DNA of 64,000 nucleotides, from positions 23,212 through 87,211 of IMG/VR virus record IMGVR_UViG_3300033072_000473; one strand, 5' to 3'. The notes under the pieces are model-generated. The model was not told the origin of the DNA. It saw only the letters and a list, made by a program, of their open reading frames with translations, and searched no databases. The first letter of the stretch is position 1, and each line of letters starts with the position of its first letter. The DNA comes from a virus. Its lineage: Duplodnaviria > Caudoviricetes. Shown piece by piece: positions 20,129 to 29,690 of this stretch. The position numbers and the translations under genes are program-made.

Positions 20129-20866
20129 TTATTCAGCGGCTTTTGCAGCAGCTTTTTCCTTACGTCCTGCACCATCATAGTCAGCACAAGTAATACCACG
20201 ACGAGTAAGCGTAGTCTTAATACCGCGCTCAGTCTTACCAGTTGCTTCAGCAATTTCAGCAACAGTCATACCAGTTACATCGCCAAGAGCTTCAAGAGCA
20301 TCTTCCTTCTCTTTAGCGTGAGACTCCTTCATTGCAGGAATCTTTTCAATTTCGCCAGACTTCAGTAAAGACAAAGCCTTACCACGAACTGAATTAATGC
20401 TCTTACCAAGCTTATCAGCAATTTCTTCAACGAACTTGCCAGCCTTAACAAGTTGAACAAACGCAGTTTCTTCTTCACCAGTATAAGAGCGAGCAGCTTC
20501 AACCTTTTCAGTAGGCTTAACCAAGCTAGTCAACTCAAGAGAAAGAATCTTACCCTGAACTTGCTTTGCAGTAAACTTACCATCAGCAAAGTTTTCAGCA
20601 ATTTCAGCGTAGGTATACTGGTTGGCATAACGATTAACAAAGTTACTCAAAGCATCAGCTTCTTCTTGGCTAAAAGCAGAAGTATGAACCTTAGCCATGC
20701 TAGCAACTTCAAAACCAAGTTTACGCAACTTAGCAGCTACGGAACGAGTAGTAGTCTCAAGAGTCTCAGCAGCGGCTTCAACAGTTTTCACAGAAACTGG
20801 GCTTTCATCGCCAACGATGCCTTGAAGTTGTTGAGTACGTTCGTCAGTCCATTTAGCAGTAGTCAT
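20129..20866 (-). CDS. D5: DNA-binding protein (T5 D5-like, repeated HTH units)
   Basis: Repeats of IAE..G....SV..KL; position after ligase. Confidence 0.8.
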   Translation of the reverse strand: MTTAKWTDERTQQLQGIVGDESPVSVKTVEAAAETLETTTRSVAAKLRKLGFEVASMAKVHTSAFSQEEADALSNFVNRYANQYTYAEIAENFADGKFTAKQVQGKILSLELTSLVKPTEKVEAARSYTGEEETAFVQLVKAGKFVEEIADKLGKSINSVRGKALSLLKSGEIEKIPAMKESHAKEKEDALEALGDVTGMTVAEIAEATGKTERGIKTTLTRRGITCADYDGAGRKEKAAAKAAE

Positions 20867-20867
20867 A

Positions 20868-21608
20868 TTATTTATATTCCTTAATAAGTTCTTCGATTGT
20901 AATAATCGGGATGTTTAGTTTTTCAGCTTTTTCACGCTTAGAAGAAGCTTTACCTTCTTCGTCAATAAGAATATTAGTGGTTTTAGTTACTGAATCAGTA
21001 ATAGTAAACCCTAACGATTCAAGATATTTAGCAGCATCACTTCTATTCTTGAAGTTTAGCAGCTTCCCAGTAATACATACTGAAATATTTTTAGAAGTTT
21101 CACTAGCCGTTTGTTCTTCAAAAGTTAAATTAATCGGTAATCCAACGTATTCCTGTGAGTCAATCCATTCTAAGAGATTAGCCGTTGCTTTTTCACCAAG
21201 TCCTGCTTGTTTACACGATTCTTTTGAAATATCATCAATAGTTTTACATACTGTTCCCAACTTCTTAGATGCTGTTTCACCGATTAGTGGAATACTAAAA
21301 GCGGCTAAACCAACATTAAGAGGAATAGTCTTAGATTGTTGAACTTCTTTAAACAACTTGTTGCCCATAGTATCACCAAGGGCATCGACATAGTAATGAA
21401 CGCTAAAATCATATAGATCGTGAATTTTTTCAAAATCTAGTTTTTCTAGAGTTTTCTCACCCATGCCTTTAATCTTCATTACTTTACAGTAATGCTGAAT
21501 CTTTTTCAGAGTTTGAGCAGAACATTCCTTATTCCTACAAAACAACTGCTCATTAACCATTTCCAAGTTACTATTACAAGCGGGGCAGGTCGTAGGTATT
21601 TGAATCAT
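20868..21608 (-). CDS. NAD-dependent DNA ligase subunit B (Zn finger/HhH/BRCT)
   Basis: CPACNS...CRNKEC; KGMGEK HhH; VCITGK...SVTKTT BRCT. Confidence 0.9.
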   Translation of the reverse strand: MIQIPTTCPACNSNLEMVNEQLFCRNKECSAQTLKKIQHYCKVMKIKGMGEKTLEKLDFEKIHDLYDFSVHYYVDALGDTMGNKLFKEVQQSKTIPLNVGLAAFSIPLIGETASKKLGTVCKTIDDISKESCKQAGLGEKATANLLEWIDSQEYVGLPINLTFEEQTASETSKNISVCITGKLLNFKNRSDAAKYLESLGFTITDSVTKTTNILIDEEGKASSKREKAEKLNIPIITIEELIKEYK

Positions 21609-21665
21609 TATTCTCTCTCAATCACTGTATGAATACATTATAGCACTATAGTTGAACATAATCAA

Positions 21666-22631
21666 CTAGATTTTTTCTGATCTTACTACGCATGGGATGA
21701 TGCCACCAGCCCGTTCAATATATACCATATCACCAATATCTAAATCTAGGGCTTTGATGAAACCGGGATTATTAAGAGTAGCTCTACTAATATTAGCCCC
21801 GTCAATACAGATTGGGTCAAAAATAGCCACTGGAGTAACCTTTCCAGATTTTCCTGTTTGCCAAATAACTTCCCTAAGAATGGTTCCAAGGCCACTAGTG
21901 CGATTCTTAATAGCATAAGCACCGCGAGGATGTTTAGAAGTGAACCCGAGGTCATCGTAATCTTTCTGCAAATTTACTCTAACTACTGCACCATCGTGTG
22001 GGAAGTTATCACAAAAGTCAGTATCTTGAACAGTATTAAACCCAAGATTATGCAAAAATTCAAGTTTTTGAGTGTAGTAATCGAACTCAATACCTGCACA
22101 GTCATATGCAACAAAGTACAGATCACGATTAGAGAACTCAACAGTATCTAGAAGCCCCAATGCTCCGGATGCGTAGTTACGAGCATTAGGAATAGACTTA
22201 GGGGCTACTACTTCGCCAGTTACTTGAATAGTACGCAAATCATCAATGTAAATAGGTAACATCTTATCAGGGCAAAGTAAGAACTTATCAGTAATTACTT
22301 CACCAGTCTCACCATCACCCCGTTTCAGTACTTGAGTAAGAAAGCCATTTACATATAGAGCCGAGATAGCTGCGCCATCTAGCTTAGGGGTTGTAATCTT
22401 TTGCTTAGTATAATCTGCCAAAGGAACTTTACCTTCACCAGCATAGTACTTTTGCAAAGAATAGAGCTTGTAGGTGTGCTTTGCAGTTAGACCCCGATCA
22501 GGGGTTGAACCCAAACGATTGTAACCTACCATATCAGCAAGATAATCAAACTGACTATCGCTGATAATAGGTTGACCTGCGTAGTAATGTTTACTAGCTG
22601 TATCAAGAAATTCAGAAATGGATTGCGTCAT
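21666..22631 (-). CDS. NAD-dependent DNA ligase subunit A (adenylation/OB)
   Basis: TPKLDG, RGDG, DGAVV, TGKSGKVTPVA, RATLNN motifs. Confidence 0.92.
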   Translation of the reverse strand: MTQSISEFLDTASKHYYAGQPIISDSQFDYLADMVGYNRLGSTPDRGLTAKHTYKLYSLQKYYAGEGKVPLADYTKQKITTPKLDGAAISALYVNGFLTQVLKRGDGETGEVITDKFLLCPDKMLPIYIDDLRTIQVTGEVVAPKSIPNARNYASGALGLLDTVEFSNRDLYFVAYDCAGIEFDYYTQKLEFLHNLGFNTVQDTDFCDNFPHDGAVVRVNLQKDYDDLGFTSKHPRGAYAIKNRTSGLGTILREVIWQTGKSGKVTPVAIFDPICIDGANISRATLNNPGFIKALDLDIGDMVYIERAGGIIPCVVRSEKI

Positions 22632-22926
22632 CTTTAGTTACACTTTCATTATAAGAATTAATTATATCATATAAGGCTTCATCAATCAAGCCTTTTTCTG
22701 CTTCTGATATTAACTCAGATACAGCTAGAAATAATGCTAAGGTACTAGATATTTCTAATGGCATTGAGATTCCATCTTTAGTTGGAACCCATTCGCCTTC
22801 AAAGTCTAGAAAGTACTTTCGTATGTGTAAGTACTGTACGTTTCTAAACTCATTAATAGTAATGCGTACTTGTATTTCTTTTTCAGGATTATAGTAGAGA
22901 GTTCTACTAAATAAATCCTCACTCAT
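22612..22926 (-). CDS. PC4-like ssDNA-binding protein
   Basis: INEFRNVQYLHIRKY...EWVPTKDGISM. Confidence 0.8.
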   Translation of the reverse strand: MSEDLFSRTLYYNPEKEIQVRITINEFRNVQYLHIRKYFLDFEGEWVPTKDGISMPLEISSTLALFLAVSELISEAEKGLIDEALYDIINSYNESVTKDDAIHF

Positions 22927-23069
22927 CGTATGCTTTTCCGAAGCCTACTGAAATATACCAAAATAACAAAACACAACTAATAGTTAGTTGAAAAGGGAAC
23001 TTATCAAAATGGATTCCTAATCCGAACCCACGTGATCGCCCATAAGTAAATCTATCTCCTGATCCCATG

Positions 23070-23342
23070 TTATCGCAACATAGAGGATAGTGGGACTACT
23101 GAAACTACTTGTGAGATTTCAATATTTTTGAAGTCGTCCAAGTCCCAGCAAAAGGCCCTGACCGTTCCAGGTTTAGGAACTGACATGGCCGGTCGTTGTG
23201 AGAGTTTGTCTGTGATATATTTGCAGTTATCCAGTTCAATGGTACAAATATGATATTTTTGCTTATTAGAGATAGGACTAACGTAATAAACGTATGCATC
23301 GCCTGCCTCATTCATTTTTTGCTTAAAAATATCAAAGTTCAT
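23070..23342 (-). CDS. Conserved T5-like hypothetical protein
   Basis: GDAYVYY...FCWDLD; synteny. Confidence 0.6.
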   Translation of the reverse strand: MNFDIFKQKMNEAGDAYVYYVSPISNKQKYHICTIELDNCKYITDKLSQRPAMSVPKPGTVRAFCWDLDDFKNIEISQVVSVVPLSSMLR

Positions 23343-23947
23343 TATAGTGTAATTCCTTGTTGTCTCAAATGGTCTAAGCTAGCCAACTCCCAATACGGCT
23401 GATAGGCAAACTGTTGCCATTCTTCAGCATCTAGCCAAACTCTATAAACTTCTGGCTGATTGGGTACTAGTGATTTAATAATTGCCATAGAATTGTATCT
23501 TGCCGACCATACGCGCTCATTTACTTCAAACTTTTCACGCATGGCAGCTTCAGGGATTAGTTCAGGCGTCCAGTAATCTGCTCCTTGAATACGTTTAGGG
23601 CAAGATACACGTTCTAAAATATTCTTTACAAAATTATCGCTGCGGTAAATACTATTAGCAATTTTACTAATTGGCTCACCTTCCAAATAAGAAGTAACTA
23701 TCAAATCAATTTCTTCTTTGGAAGCTGCCTTATAACGCTTTTTCTCACGCTGTAGACGCTCGTGATCTTTTTTATCTTTGTAATTATTAATAATACTATC
23801 TAATCGAGTAGTATTATAACTAATACATAAGATTTCACATGCAGCCTTCTTAGTAATAGGCTTTTCAGCAGAAAGAAGGCCAATTACTTTCTCAATATTA
23901 GAATCGGTTAGATTCTCATGTTCTGCATTAGCCCGCTTTCTAGCCAT
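23342..23947 (-). CDS. D2: T5 D2-like protein
   Basis: ITKKAACEILCI motif; synteny. Confidence 0.7.
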   Translation of the reverse strand: MARKRANAEHENLTDSNIEKVIGLLSAEKPITKKAACEILCISYNTTRLDSIINNYKDKKDHERLQREKKRYKAASKEEIDLIVTSYLEGEPISKIANSIYRSDNFVKNILERVSCPKRIQGADYWTPELIPEAAMREKFEVNERVWSARYNSMAIIKSLVPNQPEVYRVWLDAEEWQQFAYQPYWELASLDHLRQQGITL

Positions 23948-23958
23948 TTAACTACTCC

Positions 23959-24321
23959 TTAAAGGAACTTCTTCAAAAGTTCAGTAAAGTATACTGCTTG
24001 CTTACCCGTCAACTTATCAAGGATTTCAGCATCAGGAGTGATACCTTCAGATTCAATAAGTTGAGAAAGTGCCTGAATAGAATCAGCCTTGGAAACACGC
24101 TTCGGCTTATCTTCAGAATCCTTAGTAGTGCTAGACTTGGATGCTGACGCAGCCTGCTTAACATATACTTCAGCTTTAGAGAGGATCATGCGAACACCAT
24201 TAGTAGTTTCGCCAAGAGCCTCAGCAACTTCCTTGACAATCTCTACAGAGTTTTCAGGGGTCGGGTCAGCTTCGGTATACATCTTAACAGCTTGCGCTTT
24301 CTTTTCATCAGTCCATGCCAT
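23959..24321 (-). CDS. D3: T5 D3-like DNA-binding protein
   Basis: WTDE...EIVKEVAEALGETTNGVRMILSKA. Confidence 0.7.
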   Translation of the reverse strand: MAWTDEKKAQAVKMYTEADPTPENSVEIVKEVAEALGETTNGVRMILSKAEVYVKQAASASKSSTTKDSEDKPKRVSKADSIQALSQLIESEGITPDAEILDKLTGKQAVYFTELLKKFL

Positions 24322-24399
24322 GTTTTATTTCTCCAGTTGTGTTAATCAAATTGAAATAGTATTATACAGCGTTAAATCATTAAAATCAAATGAATATTT

Positions 24400-24913
24400 T
24401 TAATGATAAACTTCGTGAAACCTACGTTGGTTTTTTGGTGATGGAATTTGTTTTTGTTCCATCATCATGTTATATAGATATAAAAATCCGTTAGATACGT
24501 TAAACAGCTTATCATACCTAACTTTAACAAAAGGATCGTTAGGGTCAAATTGCAAGTTCTGAAGCTCAGTGATAGTCTGCATTGCATCTGTAGCAATGCC
24601 ATCAATGACCTTCATATGATTTTTACCTTTAACCCGCATTGGTAACAATCTCTACGTCTTGAATACCTTCAGGATTAAAGTTCTTAAAGTATTTCTTAAT
24701 CATACTCTGAATACCAAACTTAGCATCCAGTTCTTCTAAAAGAGTCGTTTTTTCTTCCAAGTATTGCTCATAAATATCATTAAAAGACGCTTGTTCATCT
24801 TCAGTAAGATCAGATAAATCAAGAATACTATAATGCTTGGCAGGAGAAGAAACGACAATACCAGTCCGGTTAGAAATCTCGCCATTTGCCTTCTTATATT
24901 TAAACTTAATCAT
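24400..24913 (-). other. Two small hypothetical CDSs (24400..24648, 24629..24913)
   Basis: ORF track; co-oriented; promoter-like sequence upstream. Confidence 0.55.
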
Positions 24914-24973
24914 ATAGCCCTCTTATCAATTTATAAATATATTATACAGTAATAAGCATGTATACTCAAGTTA

Positions 24974-25648
24974 TTAATTTTCAAACTCTTTATACAATGC
25001 TACTAGAATATCCTTGACAATTTTGGATCTAACAACGTCATCTAGATCAAAATGTACTACAGGAACATCTAGCCCGTATTTTTTGCTTATTTCATCAAAC
25101 CATACAAGACCGTTCTGGCCTTTAATATCGGTTTGAAATGGGTCACCTAAAAGTAGGAGCTTAGAGTACTCACCTAATCTTGTAGTTATAGAAATTACTT
25201 CTTCTATAGATAGGTTTTGTGCCTCGTCGATAACAATAAAGCTTTGTTCAAAGCTACGCCCTCTAATTGTTTCTAGCGGTTGTAGTTGAATTTGTTTTTT
25301 CTCCATAGCATATTGATACTTGTGATCTCCGAGGAACTTTCTCAATACATCTAATGCAGGGGTTACCCAAGGAGTTAACTTATCTTCTACTGTGCCGGGG
25401 AAGTGACCTAAAGTCCTGCCAGTTGGCACATTAGCTCTAGAAAGCACTATCCTGTCCACGTAATCATTGTAGAAGTATTTTGCAGCCATTGCGGCGCTAA
25501 CATAAGTTTTTCCGCAGCCTGCTGGCCCAATAGCTAAAGTTATTGGGTGCTTTTCTATTGCTTTAATAAGCAACTCTTGGTTATGAGTTTTAGGAACTAG
25601 TTGTGCAGCACCTTCGTGGTACTCACTAAATTTTTTATGTCGTCCCAT
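24974..25648 (-). CDS. phoH: PhoH-like ATPase
   Basis: GPAGCGKT, RGRSF, IDEAQN, GDPFQTD. Confidence 0.93.
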   Translation of the reverse strand: MGRHKKFSEYHEGAAQLVPKTHNQELLIKAIEKHPITLAIGPAGCGKTYVSAAMAAKYFYNDYVDRIVLSRANVPTGRTLGHFPGTVEDKLTPWVTPALDVLRKFLGDHKYQYAMEKKQIQLQPLETIRGRSFEQSFIVIDEAQNLSIEEVISITTRLGEYSKLLLLGDPFQTDIKGQNGLVWFDEISKKYGLDVPVVHFDLDDVVRSKIVKDILVALYKEFEN

Positions 25649-25684
25649 ATAGTTTTTTCTCTTATCGACAAGAGGGCTAATGAT

Positions 25685-25918
25685 TTAAAATAAGTCTAGA
25701 ACATCGTCTACTAAACTTCCTAAATCTGATACGATGCCGGTTTCTCTATCAAGAGCCTTTAATGTAGCATCGGCTATGTACCCTACGGCAATACCTCCAC
25801 CAATACCTAGTACTGTGGTTAGCATTGTATCCCCATAAAGTTGTTTAATTGTTTTTTCTGTGATTAAACCTGCCGCTAAATCGGCGGCTAGTTCTACAGC
25901 ACTTTTACCTAGTGACAT
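25685..25918 (-). CDS. Hypothetical protein
   Basis: ORF track. Confidence 0.55.
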   Translation of the reverse strand: MSLGKSAVELAADLAAGLITEKTIKQLYGDTMLTTVLGIGGGIAVGYIADATLKALDRETGIVSDLGSLVDDVLDLF

Positions 25919-25924
25919 TAATAA

Positions 25925-26860
25925 TTACCATTTCGATTCGTTTGCTAGTAGTTTTCTGTGTTGTACCCAACCTCGGAAATTACCAGACCACAACTCACCA
26001 TTAGCGGTCATATGTGTAGTACCTGGCTGCCAAGATTCTGGACTATCATAGTACCTAGCATCTGTATACAGCATAGGAGTAGCTTGATGCTCAACTGGAG
26101 AAGCGTGACATGGTTCAGAGAAGATTAACCTATCCCAGATCATTGCAGCTTTTTCTAGGCTAAGGTCATTTTTGCGATAGGATACTTGTGCACATGCAGA
26201 GGCTGAAATCTTCTGAGCTTCTTCTAGCGAAATATCTTCTCCGTTTTCATCAAAATACCATAGAAACTCACCAAATTGATCTCTATAAGTACTAACAAAC
26301 GGTAGATGCCATTCTCCAAACTTTAGTTTTACAGGAGTGCTAGCATCAATGGCCTCTTGCATACGTTCTGCTAGAATTTTAATTTCAGGTTGAGCATCTT
26401 CGTGATTACGCAGCCAGAAAAAGTTAGTAAGCTCTGTAGCAGTCATAATCACGTTAATGTGTTGAAAAGGCTCTAGGATACGGTTTACGATTTGCTTATG
26501 GCATCCAAACTCTTGAAGCTTTTTAGCATGTTCAACCGCTGAGTCTAGTGCAAGCATCCATTCTTGTTGTGATCGTGCACGTGCTGGAATGTCTAGTTCA
26601 TGTTTAGCTTGCATACCACTCTGGTTCTTACCCCAGTGTTCCGGCGTAGCCGGTGATTGGGTCACTTGGTCGATAACGCTAGTAATTGGGATAGCGCGAG
26701 AACTAGAGGCATTACGACTAAATAGTCGGTGAGTCATAAACTCAGCATGGATAAAGCGTGGGTAGTGCAACTGCAATGTAGTAATACGAATACCATTACT
26801 AATGGAATCCGCAACTACTTTAGCAGAGATATTATAGTGATCCTTCATACATCCCTTCAA
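25925..26860 (-). CDS. thyX: Flavin-dependent thymidylate synthase
   Basis: THRLFSRNASSSRA, LRNHEDAQPEI, HASPVEH motifs. Confidence 0.9.
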   Translation of the reverse strand: MKGCMKDHYNISAKVVADSISNGIRITTLQLHYPRFIHAEFMTHRLFSRNASSSRAIPITSVIDQVTQSPATPEHWGKNQSGMQAKHELDIPARARSQQEWMLALDSAVEHAKKLQEFGCHKQIVNRILEPFQHINVIMTATELTNFFWLRNHEDAQPEIKILAERMQEAIDASTPVKLKFGEWHLPFVSTYRDQFGEFLWYFDENGEDISLEEAQKISASACAQVSYRKNDLSLEKAAMIWDRLIFSEPCHASPVEHQATPMLYTDARYYDSPESWQPGTTHMTANGELWSGNFRGWVQHRKLLANESKW

Positions 26861-27247
26861 TAAGAGCTTCTTTGATATTATCAGACAGAACTACTGCAAA
26901 AAATATAGGACTTAGTAAACAAGTAAATGCCATAAAAACTAAAGAGGATAGTAAGGGCCTTTTTACATATAAGTGCTCAATATCATTATCAATTAATTTA
27001 GCTTTTAGTGGTCGATATACCATAAACCAAGAGTAAATACTAGTAGTTAGGCTAAATAGTACATAATAGTACAGTAATTCCATCATAGTTTAATATACTT
27101 AAATACTTGTCTAATAGACAGTGTGTTTGCTTTGGATATAGAGAATTCTGTAAACTCCCCTCTAAATATATAGTGTGTTTTAGTAGCTCCTGTATAGGTA
27201 GCTACGTATTTTAAACCTATTAAATAATCTTTATTTTCAATAAACAT
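26832..27247 (-). other. Two small CDSs: membrane protein 26832..27086 and 54-aa ORF 27083..27247
   Basis: ORF track plus manual translation (MFIENKDYLIG...). Confidence 0.5.
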
Positions 27248-27267
27248 AAAATCTCCATTGAATTTAC

Positions 27268-27296
27268 ATTATATCAGTTTATCATAATAAAGTCAA
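27268..27296 (-). promoter_or_regulatory. Sigma70-type early promoter
   Basis: TTGACT-17-TATAAT. Confidence 0.85.
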
Positions 27297-27341
27297 TAGA
27301 GAATTTTAAAAATAAAAAAGGAGGCTCTTGGCCTCCTTTTA

Positions 27342-27743
27342 TCAATCCTCAATAGGAATTGAATTGTCTTTTTCAGACCCTACCTTACTAACATGAATAG
27401 TAAGAATACCATTCTTCATCTGCACTTTAGTAACCTCATAAAGTTTACCAATCATAAACTCTCGGCTAAATGAACGTAGTGCGATTCCACGATAGAAGGA
27501 TACCATATTCTCAAGATAATCTGGTAGTGCTTTATTACCGTTTACGGTAACAACGCCATTGTTACTGGTTACAGAAATATCTTGTTTATCAAAACCAGCA
27601 ACAGCTAGCTCAATAATATACGTATCTTGTTCTTTATCGTGATAACCGTTCCAGAAAGGAAACTTATCAATAGTTTTATTAACAAAATCCTCGAATCCGA
27701 TCATAGGAAGTTTACTAAATAGTTCAGCAATGTGATTAGGCAT
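27342..27743 (-). CDS. Small heat-shock protein (Hsp20/IbpA-like)
   Basis: YIIELAVAGFDKQDI...YRGIALRSFSREF...MKNGILTI. Confidence 0.9.
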   Translation of the reverse strand: MPNHIAELFSKLPMIGFEDFVNKTIDKFPFWNGYHDKEQDTYIIELAVAGFDKQDISVTSNNGVVTVNGNKALPDYLENMVSFYRGIALRSFSREFMIGKLYEVTKVQMKNGILTIHVSKVGSEKDNSIPIED

Positions 27744-27828
27744 AATTTACTCCGTTAAGCGAGCACTTTTGTAAATGTTTTTAATACAAAACCATTTACA
27801 ACTTTAGTTTCAAATGTTAAAATGTACT

Positions 27829-28230
27829 TCATAGTTTCACTCCCCTAGGGCGAGCTTTCTTCTTGTAAAAGGCATGTAGGCCAATTACTTTAGTACGTGT
27901 ATACTTCTTATTCCACGTATAAGGAAGTTTTGTATTGTGGAAGTGCGTAGCTCCAAGTGTAGGATCACGACTTTCGCCATCCAAAACTTTTTGAGCTATG
28001 TGCTGTGCATCTTTCCAAGCAGGTCCTTGAGGTTTTTTCAATTTCATAGTAATCCATGAAAATTGACCTGGTTGATAAACCACCTCGCAGACCGTATCTG
28101 GGTACTCAGGTGCTTTAAGCCTATTCATTACGACATGGGCTACAGCTTCTTTTCCCACATAGCTTTCACCTCTAGCCTCATAATATACATTAAGAGCTAA
28201 GCATAAAAGCGCGGTTGCTACAGTTGACAT
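27829..28230 (-). CDS. Cell wall hydrolase SleB (Hydrolase_2)
   Basis: CLALNVYYEARGE...VVYQPGQFSW...GATHFH. Confidence 0.9.
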   Translation of the reverse strand: MSTVATALLCLALNVYYEARGESYVGKEAVAHVVMNRLKAPEYPDTVCEVVYQPGQFSWITMKLKKPQGPAWKDAQHIAQKVLDGESRDPTLGATHFHNTKLPYTWNKKYTRTKVIGLHAFYKKKARPRGVKL

Positions 28231-28316
28231 AGGTACCTCCTATTAGGAATATCGGGGCGTATATTCCGTGACAGCTAAGGTTACGAGGGCTGTCAGTTTT
28301 TGCAATATTGCTCCCC

Positions 28317-28511
28317 CTACTTACCAGTACTACATTCTTGCGCACGATAGTATTGCAAGGTTTGCAGGTACAACTGATAAGGTAGTTCTTTGTATGGATA
28401 CTTTAGATTAAAATAGTTATCCCATTTAGCTTCGTCAATAAACTTAAATAGTGCATCACGATGCTGTTTATTGGTGGGGTCGTAGTCTACTCGAACAATC
28501 TTAGAAATCAT
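28317..28511 (-). CDS. Hypothetical protein
   Basis: ORF track. Confidence 0.5.
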   Translation of the reverse strand: MISKIVRVDYDPTNKQHRDALFKFIDEAKWDNYFNLKYPYKELPYQLYLQTLQYYRAQECSTGK

Positions 28512-28687
28512 GGTTTCCTCACTGTTAAAATAATATTATATCACTGAAGAACGTTAATTTCAAATGAAAAAACCCGTTGGTATTAGCAACGGGTTCAAAT
28601 ACTTACTTTAATGAATTGTAGTGATCGTATCGTCCGTTTGTATTGCCACTATTATTTTTATATATATATATAATCTTTGATACTTTT

Positions 28688-28716
28688 ATTATATAAAAAT
28701 AGACTCTTAAAGTCAA
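28688..28716 (-). promoter_or_regulatory. Sigma70-type promoter
   Basis: TTGACT-17-TATAAT. Confidence 0.8.
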
Positions 28717-28732
28717 GGATAAATACAGCTTT

Positions 28733-28806
28733 TGGAGGGGGTACTAGGGCTCGAACCTAGAACAAAAGAATCAAAATCTCATGTGTTACCTTTACACCAT
28801 ACCCCT
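28733..28806 (-). tRNA. tRNA-Gln(UUG)
   Basis: Cloverleaf; loop TT-TTG-AT; encoded CCA. Confidence 0.9.
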
Positions 28807-28808
28807 TC

Positions 28809-28885
28809 TGGCCCGCCGTGAGGGACTCGAACCCCCAGTCAGGGAGTAGAAGTCCCTTGGTTTTTCCAATTAACCGAACGGCGGA
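28809..28885 (-). tRNA. tRNA-Arg(UCU)
   Basis: AGGGA-CTTCTAC-TCCCT; CCA. Confidence 0.92.
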
Positions 28886-28891
28886 AATAAC

Positions 28892-28980
28892 TGGCGGGTG
28901 ACTGTGAGCACGATTCACATACTGAAACTCAGTACGAGCTGCTTAGCAGGCAGTCCTAGCTCCTCGCTAGTTAATCACCC
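28892..28980 (-). tRNA. tRNA-Ser(GCU), atypical T-loop
   Basis: CTGC-CTGCTAA-GCAG; long variable arm; T-loop ATCGTGC; CCA. Confidence 0.8.
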
Positions 28981-29507
28981 TTAAAATACTTTCTAACCTC
29001 TTCAAAAGCTATAGGAATATAGTTAATACTCTCTACAGAAGCATTGAAGTAAAACGGGTCTATAACTTCTTGATTATACTTATTAGTTAGCATTACACGC
29101 TTATCGTGTAGATGCCCATGTACATTACCACGAAACCTACCTTGAGATTCAGGATGAACTGGAATATGACTAAAGATTAGCTTATCCATTACATGATAAG
29201 CTCTAATATCTCTAAAGTGCTCAGTATACTCTGTTAGCTTAAAAATATCATGGTTGCCCTTAATCAGAACTTTATCACCATTAAGACGATAAAGTGTAGA
29301 CATGGCACGACGGTTAATAACTACATCGCCCAGGTGGTAAACCTTATCACAAGGTCTAACCACACTATTCCAGTTTTCAACTAGAGCTTCATCCATTTCT
29401 TCTATAGTAGACCAAGGGCGTAGTTTTGTTACCCCATCTCTGCGTAGGAACTGCGTAACCCCTAAATGTCCAAAATGGGTATCTGATACTATAAAAATAT
29501 TAGCCAT
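28971..29507 (-). CDS. Calcineurin-like metallophosphoesterase
   Basis: SDTHFGH, HLGD, GNHD, SHIP, HGHLH. Confidence 0.9.
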   Translation of the reverse strand: MANIFIVSDTHFGHLGVTQFLRRDGVTKLRPWSTIEEMDEALVENWNSVVRPCDKVYHLGDVVINRRAMSTLYRLNGDKVLIKGNHDIFKLTEYTEHFRDIRAYHVMDKLIFSHIPVHPESQGRFRGNVHGHLHDKRVMLTNKYNQEVIDPFYFNASVESINYIPIAFEEVRKYFKGD

Positions 29508-29520
29508 TGTATTCTTTCAA

Positions 29521-29583
29521 CAGGATCGACCTTTTACAAGTCAGATTAGCAGTCTGGTGTATTTTATTTGCTGAAACGATCCT
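29521..29583 (-). ncRNA. CAGCAA-motif RNA, copy A (carries a Ser-GCU-type anticodon arm)
   Basis: AGGAUCG/CGAUCCU stem + UUUCAGCAA + CAGA-CUGCUAA-UCUG. Confidence 0.7.
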
Positions 29584-29593
29584 AAATAAGTAG

Positions 29594-29684
29594 TGGCGGG
29601 TCGAGAGAGAGTCGAACTCTCAAGGGCTTATTAGGCCTCGACTGTTTTCAAGACAGGTTCCATCGCCAATTGGATTGCCGACCC
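29594..29684 (-). tRNA. tRNA-Ser(UGA)
   Basis: Loop CT-TGA-AA; long variable arm; CCA. Confidence 0.92.
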
Positions 29685-29690
29685 GTTAAA

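Noticed and set aside
20868-22631. DNA ligase split into two ORFs
   Set aside because: Two-subunit NAD ligase is an established T5-family trait, not a frameshift or novelty
1214-24403. Numerous antisense ORFs nested in long genes
   Set aside because: Shadow frames opposite well-supported CDSs
28655-28675. (TA)n run in a short promoter-terminator unit
   Set aside because: Too short and featureless to support a call; could be a small RNA
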